Positions 21,653 through 31,523 of a stretch of DNA of 62,316 nt are shown here, piece after piece. Under the pieces are notes generated by a model. It did no database searches, had not been told where the DNA came from, and worked only from the letters and a program-made list of their open reading frames with translations. Each line of letters starts with the position of its first letter. Position 1 is the first letter of the stretch. The position numbers and the translations under genes were made by a program. Source of the DNA: Gemmatimonadota bacterium (GTDB taxonomy: Bacteria; 4572-55; J002); contig RFFQ01000075.1 of assembly GCA_003697105.1 (NCBI GenBank), forward strand, positions 1-62,316, given 5' to 3'.

Positions 21653-24409
21653 GTGAGTCCCATGCGACTTTTTACAACGAGTTTAATTGGATTCCTGATG
21701 CTGAGTCTGCTGAGTTCCGTTGCCGTTGCTGGAGTGGTTACCCCACATCTGCGCGAACTGCTGGAATCTACAGATGAAAGTACCTACGTTCCGATCATCA
21801 TCGAATTGGTGGATCAGGTTGACGTAGAAGCCCTCAAAGCCGAGTTAGATGCTGAAGGGGTTTTTACGTTAGATGAGCGGCGGGTTCGGATTGTATCTGC
21901 TTTGCAAGAGATGGCAGAGTCCACCCAACCGGCGTTTATGCCTGCCGTCGCAGCAGAAGAAGCCAATGGCACTGTACGCGGTGTTTACCAAATGTGGTTG
22001 TACAATACCGTTAATATGGAAGCCCAACCCGGCGCGATTGAGCGGCTTTCCACGCACCCTTCTGTTGCCTTTATTTATTACGATGAACCCTTGGAACTCA
22101 TTAAGCCAGTACACGGTGAGCCCGCCCCACCCATTCCCGACGGGACGGAACCCGGTTTGCGGGCAATCAAAGCAGACCGGGTGTGGTATGAACTGGGCAT
22201 TACGGGTGAAGGCACGATTGTCGGTGGGATTGACAGCGGTGTTGATGGCGAACATCCGGCACTTACCGAAAGTTGGTACGGTAATGTGCCCGGCGTACCA
22301 TGGAACCAAGCATGGAACGGTCCCGGCACCTTTCCCCATGAGGAAAATAATGGTGACGGCTACGGTCACGGCACCCACACAATGGGTATCATGTGCGGGG
22401 TCGATCCGGCAACCCATGATACCATCGGAGTTGCCCCCGGCGCCATGTGGATTGCCGGTGATATGGCTCTGAATGGAGACCCAGATGGCCAACCGGGCTA
22501 CCTCATTATGCAATGGATGGCAGGGCTTAATAATCCGCCGGATGTGTGTAATAACTCGTACGGGGGTGGCAGTTGCCAAACCATCTACTATCCGTATATT
22601 GATAACTGTGAAAATGTCGGTATTGTTCATATTACCTCTGCCGGAAACGATGGTCCCAATCCCAGTACCGTGAGTTCTTGGGCAGACCGCACCACCAGCC
22701 CATTAAATGCCTTCTCCGTCGGAGCAACCTCTGCCTTCCCGCCTTATGGAATTGCTGCGTTTAGCTCGCGGGGACCCTCGATGTGCCAGCCAAACCCGAA
22801 CTCGATCAAACCGGAAGTTTCCGCGCCCGGGGTACAGATTCGTTCCGCCTTTCCGGGGGGAAGTTATGTCCGCTATGATGGCACTTCCATGTCCGGTCCC
22901 CATGTTGCCGGTACGGTGGCATTGATGCGCCAAGCAAACCCGAATATGACGGTGACCCAGATTAAGCAAGCGCTGATCAATTCGTGTATTGATTTAGGCG
23001 ATCCGGGTGAAGATAATGATTACGGGCACGGATTTATTGATGCGTTTGTTGCCACTGCCCGGTATGCCATGGGTTTGCCTAACTTGATCTTGTTAGAATA
23101 CACTTTAGACGATTCCGACGGGAATGGCAACGGTCGCCCCGAACCGGGAGAAACCGTTGAATTAGTGGTTTCCGTATTCAATGTATGGGAAGGAGACGCG
23201 ATCAATCCACTTGCCGAACTTATTATCAATGACGAGTTCATCACCATCGATAACGGTCTGGTGGAATATGACGATATTGAAGGCGATAACTTTGGAGATA
23301 ATGCAGCGGATCCCTTCGTATTTACGGTCAGTGAAGATAGCCCCGGTGGAACCATTCCCATTACCATCCATATAACCACTGATGAGAATCCGCTCGATTA
23401 TGATTTAGATTTTGAAATTGTCGTCGGCTACCCGCAAATTCTGCTAGTGGATGATGACGAAGGCGCCGACTATGAAACCTACTATCGTTCCGCAATGGAT
23501 GCCACCGATTTGCGGTACGAGGTGTGGAGCACCATTACCCAAGGGGTACCCGGTGAGGAACAGTTTCAACATGAGATCGTCGTCTGGTTTACCGGTGACG
23601 AAGGCAACTCCCTTGATGCGGATGAACGCCAATTTTTGATGGATTTCATGGATCAAGGCGGCGCGGTCTTTATTACCGGTCAGGATATTGAACTGGTCTT
23701 AGAGGATGGTGGCGAAGATTTCTATCATGATTATCTGAAAGCCAATTTGGTTGAAGCAGACCGTACCGGATTGGTGGTATTGCAACCAACAGATACCGAA
23801 GATTGTTTATCCGGTGAATGGGGCTTTTTAGTGGCGCAAGGTACAGGAGGACCCAACAACCAATCGAGTCCAGCAGTGATTGAACCAGTGAGCAATAGCG
23901 GCGCAATTGACATCCTGAAATATCGCCACCCCTCACTAATCGAAATCGGAGGAATCAAATATTTTGGAGATTACAACCTGATTTACCTCTCCTTCGGGTT
24001 TGAAGCAATCTATGAAACCCCGACTGGAGAACGCCCAGAAGATTTAATGGCACAATTTATTGATTGGTTAGCCGACCCGTGCGATACTACATCGAGTGTC
24101 GCTGTGGAACAAACGAGCGTCAATGTTCCCGCACAACTCTCGCTGGAACAAAATTATCCGAACCCATTTAACCCGATGACTCGTATCCATTTTGATCTGC
24201 CAGTGGACCAGCATATCTCACTCAAGATTTACGATACCTCTGGCCAGTTGGTCAAAACCTTGGTCGATGCGCCTCATCGTGCCGGCCGTTACACCCTGAC
24301 GTGGAATGGTGTCGATGAAATGAACCAACCGGTCAATAGTGGGGTGTACTTCTACACCTTGCAAGCTGGTGAGGAGGTTCAGACCCGCCAGATGGTATTG
24401 CTCAAGTAA
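21653..24409 (+). CDS. Secreted S8 subtilase with FlgD/T9SS-like C-terminus
   Basis: Triad GIDSG / HGTHTMG / GTSMSGPHVAG, SAGN oxyanion motif, ILLVDDD domain, QNYPNPFNP. Confidence 0.92.
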   Translation: MSPMRLFTTSLIGFLMLSLLSSVAVAGVVTPHLRELLESTDESTYVPIIIELVDQVDVEALKAELDAEGVFTLDERRVRIVSALQEMAESTQPAFMPAVAAEEANGTVRGVYQMWLYNTVNMEAQPGAIERLSTHPSVAFIYYDEPLELIKPVHGEPAPPIPDGTEPGLRAIKADRVWYELGITGEGTIVGGIDSGVDGEHPALTESWYGNVPGVPWNQAWNGPGTFPHEENNGDGYGHGTHTMGIMCGVDPATHDTIGVAPGAMWIAGDMALNGDPDGQPGYLIMQWMAGLNNPPDVCNNSYGGGSCQTIYYPYIDNCENVGIVHITSAGNDGPNPSTVSSWADRTTSPLNAFSVGATSAFPPYGIAAFSSRGPSMCQPNPNSIKPEVSAPGVQIRSAFPGGSYVRYDGTSMSGPHVAGTVALMRQANPNMTVTQIKQALINSCIDLGDPGEDNDYGHGFIDAFVATARYAMGLPNLILLEYTLDDSDGNGNGRPEPGETVELVVSVFNVWEGDAINPLAELIINDEFITIDNGLVEYDDIEGDNFGDNAADPFVFTVSEDSPGGTIPITIHITTDENPLDYDLDFEIVVGYPQILLVDDDEGADYETYYRSAMDATDLRYEVWSTITQGVPGEEQFQHEIVVWFTGDEGNSLDADERQFLMDFMDQGGAVFITGQDIELVLEDGGEDFYHDYLKANLVEADRTGLVVLQPTDTEDCLSGEWGFLVAQGTGGPNNQSSPAVIEPVSNSGAIDILKYRHPSLIEIGGIKYFGDYNLIYLSFGFEAIYETPTGERPEDLMAQFIDWLADPCDTTSSVAVEQTSVNVPAQLSLEQNYPNPFNPMTRIHFDLPVDQHISLKIYDTSGQLVKTLVDAPHRAGRYTLTWNGVDEMNQPVNSGVYFYTLQAGEEVQTRQMVLLK

Positions 24410-24429
24410 ACAGCGATGCCATCCGTCTG

Positions 24430-24466
24430 AAAAAAAAGCTCGATCCAAAATGGATCGAGCTTTTTT
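24430..24466. terminator. Bidirectional intrinsic terminator between convergent genes
   Basis: A8-GCTCGATCCA-AAA-TGGATCGAGC-T6. Confidence 0.9.
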
Positions 24467-25163
24467 AGTTGGTATCCACCACCTTTTTCATGATGAATAG
24501 ATAATTAAACCCGCGCAAGTAGTAGTTTCCTTTCACAGCTTCGGAATGCCACCGTTTACGTTTTAGTTTTTGGTTGTATCGCACCACGGAGATAATGTCA
24601 ACGGGCTTAAAATAACGTTCTAAGATGGAAAACAAGCGAAATCCAATCGGCACAAACCCCTTTTTCTTCTGAAATGAATCCGAGACATAGAGTGCCATAT
24701 AGCGCCGGTTACGCATCACACGGAAAATCTCTTGAATCACGGCATCCATGGCACTAAAATATGCCGCACCGGAAGCATCCAATTTGCCAATGCAATTCGG
24801 GTCATCGGAATAATCAATGTGTGTGGAATAGGGGGGGTCAATAAAAACAAAATCGGCTTTTCCATCTTCTAGGGGCAATTGACGGGCATCCGCGCGAAAA
24901 ATATCCGGGCGATAGGGGACAAGGTCGTAACCTAACACTCGCCGGTTCAGGTCACGGCAAACATCAATAGTAGTGCCACTCCCGCACATCGGATCGACAA
25001 CCAAATCCTTTTCACGGGTATAGCGCATCAAAAGATTCCAAATTACGTAGGAGGGCGTAGCACCTTTGTAATTTTGATCCCCTTGTATCTCCTTCCCATA
25101 GTGCTGCGAGGGATATTCCCATAAGGTTGTGGTCTGGATTTCCAATGGAGGCTTTTTGTACAT
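24465..25163 (-). CDS. Orphan amino-methyltransferase (N4-C/N6-A DNA methylase-like)
   Basis: SAM-binding DPMCGSGTT precedes catalytic DPPY; no adjacent endonuclease gene. Confidence 0.8.
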   Translation of the reverse strand: MYKKPPLEIQTTTLWEYPSQHYGKEIQGDQNYKGATPSYVIWNLLMRYTREKDLVVDPMCGSGTTIDVCRDLNRRVLGYDLVPYRPDIFRADARQLPLEDGKADFVFIDPPYSTHIDYSDDPNCIGKLDASGAAYFSAMDAVIQEIFRVMRNRRYMALYVSDSFQKKKGFVPIGFRLFSILERYFKPVDIISVVRYNQKLKRKRWHSEAVKGNYYLRGFNYLFIMKKVVDTN

Positions 25164-25203
25164 AACGATTATCTCTCTTTCTCAATAATGAACAGTGAGC
25201 AAA

Positions 25204-25284
25204 AACTCCCCAACTCCCGAACTCCTAAACTCCCGAACTCGTCAAACTCCCCAACTCCCCAACTCCCGAACTCGTCAAACTCAC
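25204..25284. repeat. Short tandem repeat, 10 copies of an 8-9 bp AACTC(CCC/CCG/CTA/GTCA) unit
   Basis: Read directly: AACTCCCC AACTCCCG AACTCCTA AACTCCCG AACTCGTCA AACTCCCC AACTCCCC AACTCCCG AACTCGTCA AACTCAC. Confidence 0.92.
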
Positions 25285-28200
25285 TTATTCCACAACTTCC
25301 ATTTGTTGAATCAACTGTCCGACGGAAAGACCGGTTACCGGGATGGGATTCGGTAAGTGTAAGCGGAAAAGGGGTGTTCGGAGCCAAAACGGCGGGCGCA
25401 AATAAACGGACACGTTCAAAATACCCAAATTTACCCGCGAGGTAAATCGCTCAATCTTATAACCGGATTTCATCAAAGTACGGACACCCGCCAAGCTGGG
25501 GTCTTTCTGATCCGGGTCGAGAAAGAGCAGCAGGCGGTCTGCCACATGTTCCCCGATTTCTGTAATATCAAACTCACCGGACAAATCAAAATCGTGCTCA
25601 AAATCCAGCCCTTTGCCTTGGAATGCAAAATTAGTGGTCAGTAGCACTTGTTCCTTTTGCAACGAGGTGCGACCCACCAGCGCATCAAAATCCACGTTGG
25701 TGAGTTCGCCATAGGCACGATAGTGCATCTCCGGCAAGATGCCATTGGCGGTATCAAAATACATCGAACCCCATAGCTGCCCCCCATAAAGCGTCAATTC
25801 AATTTCATCCAGATAGATTACGTTATCCTCAAACCGCGCGACGACCTGAACATCATCGGCATGATAACGACCCCAGCGGATGCTGTCAATTGTTACATGG
25901 GAGCGCTCATTTTCCGGTAATTGATCGTAATACGGGGCTAAAAACCAGTAATCTGCTTCCTTCAGCTTTTGCTGGTGTGTTGCTTGCGGATAGGCGACGC
26001 GGGACAGGGGGGATTTTCTCCCTTGTACCACATCGACATCCACCACATAATGAAACGGCACGTAACCCGTTGTTTGGTGGATTGCCAGTGCCGGTGCTTG
26101 CTGAAAATAAACGGCATCCAAGCCCAAACTCCCCTCCACTTGAAACTGATTCGGCAAATTATCCCCCAGCACCTGCGGAAAATACCGGCTAAGCGTTAAT
26201 TGTAGGGCAACATTCCCCCCCAATTGCGAATCCAAAGGTAAATGTAACGGGTCATCCGCACGAGCCAGAGAAAACCGGCATAATACATCAGGATAGACCT
26301 GCTCTAAAAGCTGTTGATTGGCTGCGGAAACCCGTTCCGAGCGAGGTAGGGTCGTATCTGACAACGTCTGTAAATATCGGTCTATATTGACATTATAAAT
26401 GGTGCCCTGTAGGGAGGCATTCACCTGTTCCCGCGGAATCAAAAGTTGCCAATCGCGCAAATCGAGCAGATCACCCGGTTCTAATGCCATTGTGGCACGG
26501 AATTCTACCAGACCGGTATCTTCCAGATCACCTGCCGGCAATAGTCCGTGGATATTTTTTATCTGCGTTTCCCAGCGCAATTGTTTCTGACCCGGTTGCC
26601 AATCGAGATGAATTGAGCCGGAGATGTCTTGACACTCTACGGCGAATGTTGGATCCGCTTGCCGAACGGGTATGTGTTCCAGCTTAGCATACACCGGGTT
26701 CAGACCCAGCGTTGCCTTTAACTGGTGTGGAAGTTCCGTTAGCCCTTTTTCCGGCGTACTGCTATCAAATTGACCCTGAAATATCCATTCGGATTGGAGT
26801 TGTCCCTGAGCTGTTACCCGTAAGCCGGCAGATTCCGGTGTATGGGGCACTAAATAACGCAATTCCATTTGTGGCGTCGTACCCTGTAAGTGTAAATTTA
26901 GGTTGAATCCCGGATCGGTTTTTGAGGGGAAATGAGCGTCCACATCCCCGTATAGCTGGGTCTCCCCGTCAAACGTTTCGTAAACTGCCAACAAAGGCAA
27001 CCGGTCTGCCAGTGATAGATGATGTACCGTTAGGCTATCTATGTATAAATGTGCCTTCTCGTGCCCCCATTGATGGAGGTCTCCGGTCGCCCGCAGTTCA
27101 AGCGGTTCGGAAGCCACATTTAAATATGTTAGGTCAAGGTCGCCCCGCCATAAATTCCCTTTGATGCGGCTATTCAAGGTTACCGGCACATCTGTAAAAT
27201 CTACAACTAACGAATCTTCTTGAACCCAGGTAAAATCTGTTAAATCGGCATTTAGGTCAAGTGTGGTTTGGCGCAACAAACCCGCCAGAGATACGTCTGC
27301 ATTTAGAATACCGGTGCATTGCCGTAACGGTGAATTCAACAGGGCAACATCAAACCCCGACAAGTGAAACGTCCCATTTGCTGCCGCACGTGTGGAGTCG
27401 GCAATGTCGGTTACGGTCAATTTATCAGCGGTAAACCGCAGACCCCGCGCCCGGGCATCAAATAGGCTGAGCGATAGCATTTGCGGTTGGTAATCTGGGG
27501 TTAGGTGGATATCCACAATACCATACGCCGCCGCCGAAAATGGCGGTACTCCGGTGGTGCCCCATGACATATCATGGACCCAGAGCGAATCTAAAAACAC
27601 GGAAATATCCGTTGCATTGTGTTTAATATCGGCAAACAGATCGGCACGATAGCCGCCGATGGTGTGGCGCGTCTCTGGGGAAATAATGGTTACCGGATCA
27701 CCCTTGATCTGGGCAAACAGATCGATGTTTTCACGCGGAGACTGGAACGTCTCCCCCACCATGGTACTGACTTCCAGCGTTAGCGTGCCGGGAGTGATGG
27801 TCTGTTGCGGAGTACGAATTTCGTCGAGAGTTAGCATCGAATAAAACCACCAATTCCGCCCCCGGAACGGAAGCGCCGGGTTGGTAGAATCGACGATAAC
27901 CTGCGCGTTCAATTGCGAATCTAGGGTAATCGTGGAGACGCCGGTTTGGGTGCTCAGATGACGAAATTTCCCTTCCAAAAGCTGGCTATTGAGGGTTATC
28001 TCGAGAGGTTCATCTTCCGTTAATTGCCCTTTCATGCCGGAATCCCACACAATCAGGTCGCCCGCGAGTTCGACTGTGGGTGGAAAAAGTGCTGGGGCAA
28101 GGTGTTTTAGAGACGCCAAATTTAGTTGGCACGTTGTGACGTTCAATTCATAATGAGGAAAAGCACTGTACATCTCGCTCCATTCACCGCTCATCTGCAA

Positions 28201-29157
28201 CTGCAAATCATCCGGCACCGTCACCAATGCGTGTTCCAGCCGGATATACCCCGCGTCAAAATTCATGTGCGTGGTCACGTTGGCGCGAGCGGTCTCCAGA
28301 AAAAGCGGTATCCATGAGAGCGAATCTTGAGCGACCCGGATGCGGGGATGATCGAGATCAAGCGTGGCAGAAATATGATAATCAAGCCAGTGTTCCCGGA
28401 TCGTCACATTCGCTTCCAAAACCGCCCGGCTTTGCAGATCGATCCCGTCTTTTTGATAATAATGTAGATTCGGTGCCGTACTGGTGATGGTCAATGGAAA
28501 CGTTAATTGATCGAAATCCAGCGGAGACCACGCCTCGGAAACGGCAGAAGCACCCGCGATATGCCAGCTCATCAGGGTATCCGGTGGGGTGGGCAACCCT
28601 TGCAGAAAAAGGGTATCAAACAGTGTTTGGGCGTAGTGTAGATTATCAATTTGTACCCGCTCCACTGCCAATTGGATAAACGTTTCTTCGGGAGGAGGTG
28701 ACGGCTCAGGTAACGCTGAATCCGGCGAGATAAAATCACTGAAATTGGTATAGGTAACACCAAATTGTTTAAAATGAAAATATGGGTCGATCAACCTGAC
28801 CTGATGCACCACAATCCGGCGCCGCCACACCGCACGCAGGTTGTAGCTCAGGCGGATTTCCTTACAGGTGAAAAGGGGATCATCACCGTATTGGGGGAGA
28901 TCATCAATGCGAACCCGTTTTAAATGAAGATAACGGAGATTTATCCTTGCCTCATCGATCTGCACGGTACGTCCATTCAACGTTTGAGAGAGGAGTGATT
29001 CCCCGGCGGCAACCAGCTTTTCCTGCGGAAAAAACCAAATGAGGACGATAGAAATGATCAGCAGAAATAAAAAAACACCCAAACCCACGATCAACAGCCA
29101 CTTAGCGGCTACTTTAAGTCGTCGTTTGAGCGTTATTAAAAAGGAGCGTTCAGCCAT
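25285..29157 (-). CDS. AsmA-like (bridge-type lipid transfer) envelope protein
   Basis: Single N-terminal TM helix, chorein-N-like start (IVVHQVRLIDP...NFSDF), long beta-rich body, LYGGQLWG near the C-terminus. ATG 29157 preferred over TTG 29172. Confidence 0.65.
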   Translation of the reverse strand: MAERSFLITLKRRLKVAAKWLLIVGLGVFLFLLIISIVLIWFFPQEKLVAAGESLLSQTLNGRTVQIDEARINLRYLHLKRVRIDDLPQYGDDPLFTCKEIRLSYNLRAVWRRRIVVHQVRLIDPYFHFKQFGVTYTNFSDFISPDSALPEPSPPPEETFIQLAVERVQIDNLHYAQTLFDTLFLQGLPTPPDTLMSWHIAGASAVSEAWSPLDFDQLTFPLTITSTAPNLHYYQKDGIDLQSRAVLEANVTIREHWLDYHISATLDLDHPRIRVAQDSLSWIPLFLETARANVTTHMNFDAGYIRLEHALVTVPDDLQLQMSGEWSEMYSAFPHYELNVTTCQLNLASLKHLAPALFPPTVELAGDLIVWDSGMKGQLTEDEPLEITLNSQLLEGKFRHLSTQTGVSTITLDSQLNAQVIVDSTNPALPFRGRNWWFYSMLTLDEIRTPQQTITPGTLTLEVSTMVGETFQSPRENIDLFAQIKGDPVTIISPETRHTIGGYRADLFADIKHNATDISVFLDSLWVHDMSWGTTGVPPFSAAAYGIVDIHLTPDYQPQMLSLSLFDARARGLRFTADKLTVTDIADSTRAAANGTFHLSGFDVALLNSPLRQCTGILNADVSLAGLLRQTTLDLNADLTDFTWVQEDSLVVDFTDVPVTLNSRIKGNLWRGDLDLTYLNVASEPLELRATGDLHQWGHEKAHLYIDSLTVHHLSLADRLPLLAVYETFDGETQLYGDVDAHFPSKTDPGFNLNLHLQGTTPQMELRYLVPHTPESAGLRVTAQGQLQSEWIFQGQFDSSTPEKGLTELPHQLKATLGLNPVYAKLEHIPVRQADPTFAVECQDISGSIHLDWQPGQKQLRWETQIKNIHGLLPAGDLEDTGLVEFRATMALEPGDLLDLRDWQLLIPREQVNASLQGTIYNVNIDRYLQTLSDTTLPRSERVSAANQQLLEQVYPDVLCRFSLARADDPLHLPLDSQLGGNVALQLTLSRYFPQVLGDNLPNQFQVEGSLGLDAVYFQQAPALAIHQTTGYVPFHYVVDVDVVQGRKSPLSRVAYPQATHQQKLKEADYWFLAPYYDQLPENERSHVTIDSIRWGRYHADDVQVVARFEDNVIYLDEIELTLYGGQLWGSMYFDTANGILPEMHYRAYGELTNVDFDALVGRTSLQKEQVLLTTNFAFQGKGLDFEHDFDLSGEFDITEIGEHVADRLLLFLDPDQKDPSLAGVRTLMKSGYKIERFTSRVNLGILNVSVYLRPPFWLRTPLFRLHLPNPIPVTGLSVGQLIQQMEVVE

Positions 29158-29164
29158 TACATTT

Positions 29165-29977
29165 TTACTCAAATAGGTATTCTGCCTGATACACTACGCG
29201 AGCTTCCCCTTGCAGGAACACATCACGAATCTCTTGATCGTGCAAATGATAATGAATCACCAAAGGAATGCCACTGCGGGTAATAACCGTTGTAGGCGAT
29301 TTCACGTTGCCGAGCATTCCCGCGATAATTGCCGCGGCGGTTGCTCCCGTGCCGCAGGCGAGGGTTTCATCTTCCACTCCGCGTTCGTAGGTGCGTAATT
29401 TCAGCGTGTGAGTATCCATCACCTGAACATAATTTGCATTTGTACCCGCCGGCTGAAACATCTGATGGTAGCGGATCGGACGTCCCACGCCAACCATATC
29501 CACCCGGTCGATATCTTCCGTGAATAAAACCACGTGCGGTACACCCGTGTTCAAAAAATGCGCTATCAGTTGGCGCTGGTTGATGTCAAGTGGGAATTCT
29601 AGCTGCAAACCATGTGGGGGTGTCATTTCTACTTTGACTTCCTCGCCGATGATCTCGGCACGATGCCTGCCTGCCATGCTTTCAAATGTCATGGTTGGCC
29701 CAGCGGCACCGTTCAGGAAGGCAAATCGAGCGATGCAGCGGGCACCATTACCGCACATCTCCACCTCGCCGCCATCCGCATTGTAATAACGCATCCGAAA
29801 ATCGGCGTCTGGGTGATTTTCGAGCAGAAGTACCCCATCTGCCCCGATGGAAATTCGCCGGGTACACGCCGTCTTTACAAATTCGGTGAGGTCACCGTGA
29901 AGCTTGTCGTCCCGGTTGTCAATCACAATAAAATCATTGCCCGCACCGGACATTTTGGTAAAAGGTATTTTGGTCAT
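29165..29977 (-). CDS. dapF: Diaminopimelate epimerase
   Basis: FTKMSGAGNDF, EMCGNGARC, TGVPH, ERGVEDETLACGTG. Confidence 0.97.
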   Translation of the reverse strand: MTKIPFTKMSGAGNDFIVIDNRDDKLHGDLTEFVKTACTRRISIGADGVLLLENHPDADFRMRYYNADGGEVEMCGNGARCIARFAFLNGAAGPTMTFESMAGRHRAEIIGEEVKVEMTPPHGLQLEFPLDINQRQLIAHFLNTGVPHVVLFTEDIDRVDMVGVGRPIRYHQMFQPAGTNANYVQVMDTHTLKLRTYERGVEDETLACGTGATAAAIIAGMLGNVKSPTTVITRSGIPLVIHYHLHDQEIRDVFLQGEARVVYQAEYLFE

Positions 29978-29984
29978 TTTTCGC

Positions 29985-31523
29985 TCATAAACTTAAAAAT
30001 TGATAAGATACGGTGATTCCAAATTGATGTTGTTGAAAGCCGGTCCGATCCCCGGGATGGGGTTGGGCGGCAGACACCCCAATTCCCTTTGTCTGGTGAT
30101 CGGTTTGGTGATAGAACACCTGCCCCGTCGTTCTGGATGTAAGGTTGTAAGTCAATTCTACACGAATACGCGACACCTGATCCGTGCGCCCGTGATGGAG
30201 TACGTCTTTGGCAACATCGCTTTCAAAATCGATTTGTGAAAACTGGTAATCCAGCCGGTAGTGCAAGCGTTGCCATTGCCGTTGCAACCCGACTCCAACA
30301 TCCAAACCACGATGGCTGACATCGGTCTGATCATCCGGCGTCGTTGCCGGAGCAAGTCGGTAACTTCCACCCAGTACCACCTGCCAACCGTGCCAAAGTG
30401 GACCCGTGAAAAATTGAGCGCCTGCCTGATATGCCCGGTAGCTCCGGTTCTGAAAAGGTGCATCATAGCGGGTCCAATGGTTACCCAAATATAACGCCAC
30501 CTGCCCTTGAGAGCGCCACTGCCGCTGATAATTAACGCTCAAATCAGCCATCCAGCGGTGTGCCGTGCGGTACTGAGACACCGCGTCTTCCGTATAGAGT
30601 AAATTTCGCGCCAAGTGGGGAAATTCCGTCTGGCAGGCGATGGAAACCCGACTTTTGCTGCCCCACTGGCGATGATATTGAACCTCCGTGATAAATCGAT
30701 TCAACGAACCATTCGTGGCATACCAAACGCCAGCAAGTCCGGCAATCCAGCGCGGTTTATCCGGCTCCATACCCCACTGGACATGGAGGGACGGCATGGT
30801 AATAACATCATTGAGCGATGTCAAATCATCCCAGCGCGGTGCGGGAGTATTGGCTAAAAACTGGTCTCGTCCAGTGGAATTTAATTGTAAGATATTATCA
30901 TCATAAAAGGTACGCACCCCAACTTTTAATTGAAGCCGCTCCACCAGACGGGTTACTGGTGTCTTCATTAGGGGCATTTGGTGGTGTGGGGTCACAATTT
31001 CTTGGGATCGTTCTGGGCGGGGGGCAAACTCAAAATATCCTTTTGCGGAAAGGTCGTCACCCCCCATCAAACGGACTTCTAGCAGATGCTCTCCCACCGG
31101 AACGGTAATTGTTTTTTCTATCAGTTGGCTTGGCAACAGTCCCAATCCAGTTTTGCCCGCTAATGTGCGGTAATAACTCTGGGGATCGGGTCGTGCTTCG
31201 AGTTCATAGCGGTTTGCCAGCCGCCCATCAACGTAAATACCCAACTGGAAAGGGTAGGCACGAGGGGGCATGTGTTCGGTGTAGTCCAAACACACATATC
31301 CGCGGAAATCGCCGGGACCCTTGACCCGCATCAAGACGGGTTGGTGCCGCGTGAAGGTATAGACCTGCCGCACGCCGCTTGGATGGTGGAGTTGAATCTG
31401 TTCCAGACTATCAAGGGGGGTCAAAATCTGCCATTCGGGCACCACGTTCTGCTGGGCAAAGCTGGGGTGCCCCCAGAGCAGGATCAGCATGACGAGAACT
31501 CGGAAATTAGCCCTCATGTTCAC
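29985..31523 (-). CDS. Hypothetical outer-membrane protein: N-terminal beta domain fused to a beta-barrel
   Basis: Signal peptide. N-domain resembles the 41572 repeats. Barrel begins FYDDNIL, like the 40488 protein. Ends ITVSYQF. Confidence 0.65.
   Translation of the reverse strand: MNMRANFRVLVMLILLWGHPSFAQQNVVPEWQILTPLDSLEQIQLHHPSGVRQVYTFTRHQPVLMRVKGPGDFRGYVCLDYTEHMPPRAYPFQLGIYVDGRLANRYELEARPDPQSYYRTLAGKTGLGLLPSQLIEKTITVPVGEHLLEVRLMGGDDLSAKGYFEFAPRPERSQEIVTPHHQMPLMKTPVTRLVERLQLKVGVRTFYDDNILQLNSTGRDQFLANTPAPRWDDLTSLNDVITMPSLHVQWGMEPDKPRWIAGLAGVWYATNGSLNRFITEVQYHRQWGSKSRVSIACQTEFPHLARNLLYTEDAVSQYRTAHRWMADLSVNYQRQWRSQGQVALYLGNHWTRYDAPFQNRSYRAYQAGAQFFTGPLWHGWQVVLGGSYRLAPATTPDDQTDVSHRGLDVGVGLQRQWQRLHYRLDYQFSQIDFESDVAKDVLHHGRTDQVSRIRVELTYNLTSRTTGQVFYHQTDHQTKGIGVSAAQPHPGDRTGFQQHQFGITVSYQFLSL

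Noticed and set aside
25204-25284. Repeat as a CRISPR array, or ORFs 25169..25387 and 25188..25445 as genes
   Set aside because: The units are 8-9 bp with no spacers; the ORFs are low-complexity translations of the repeat.
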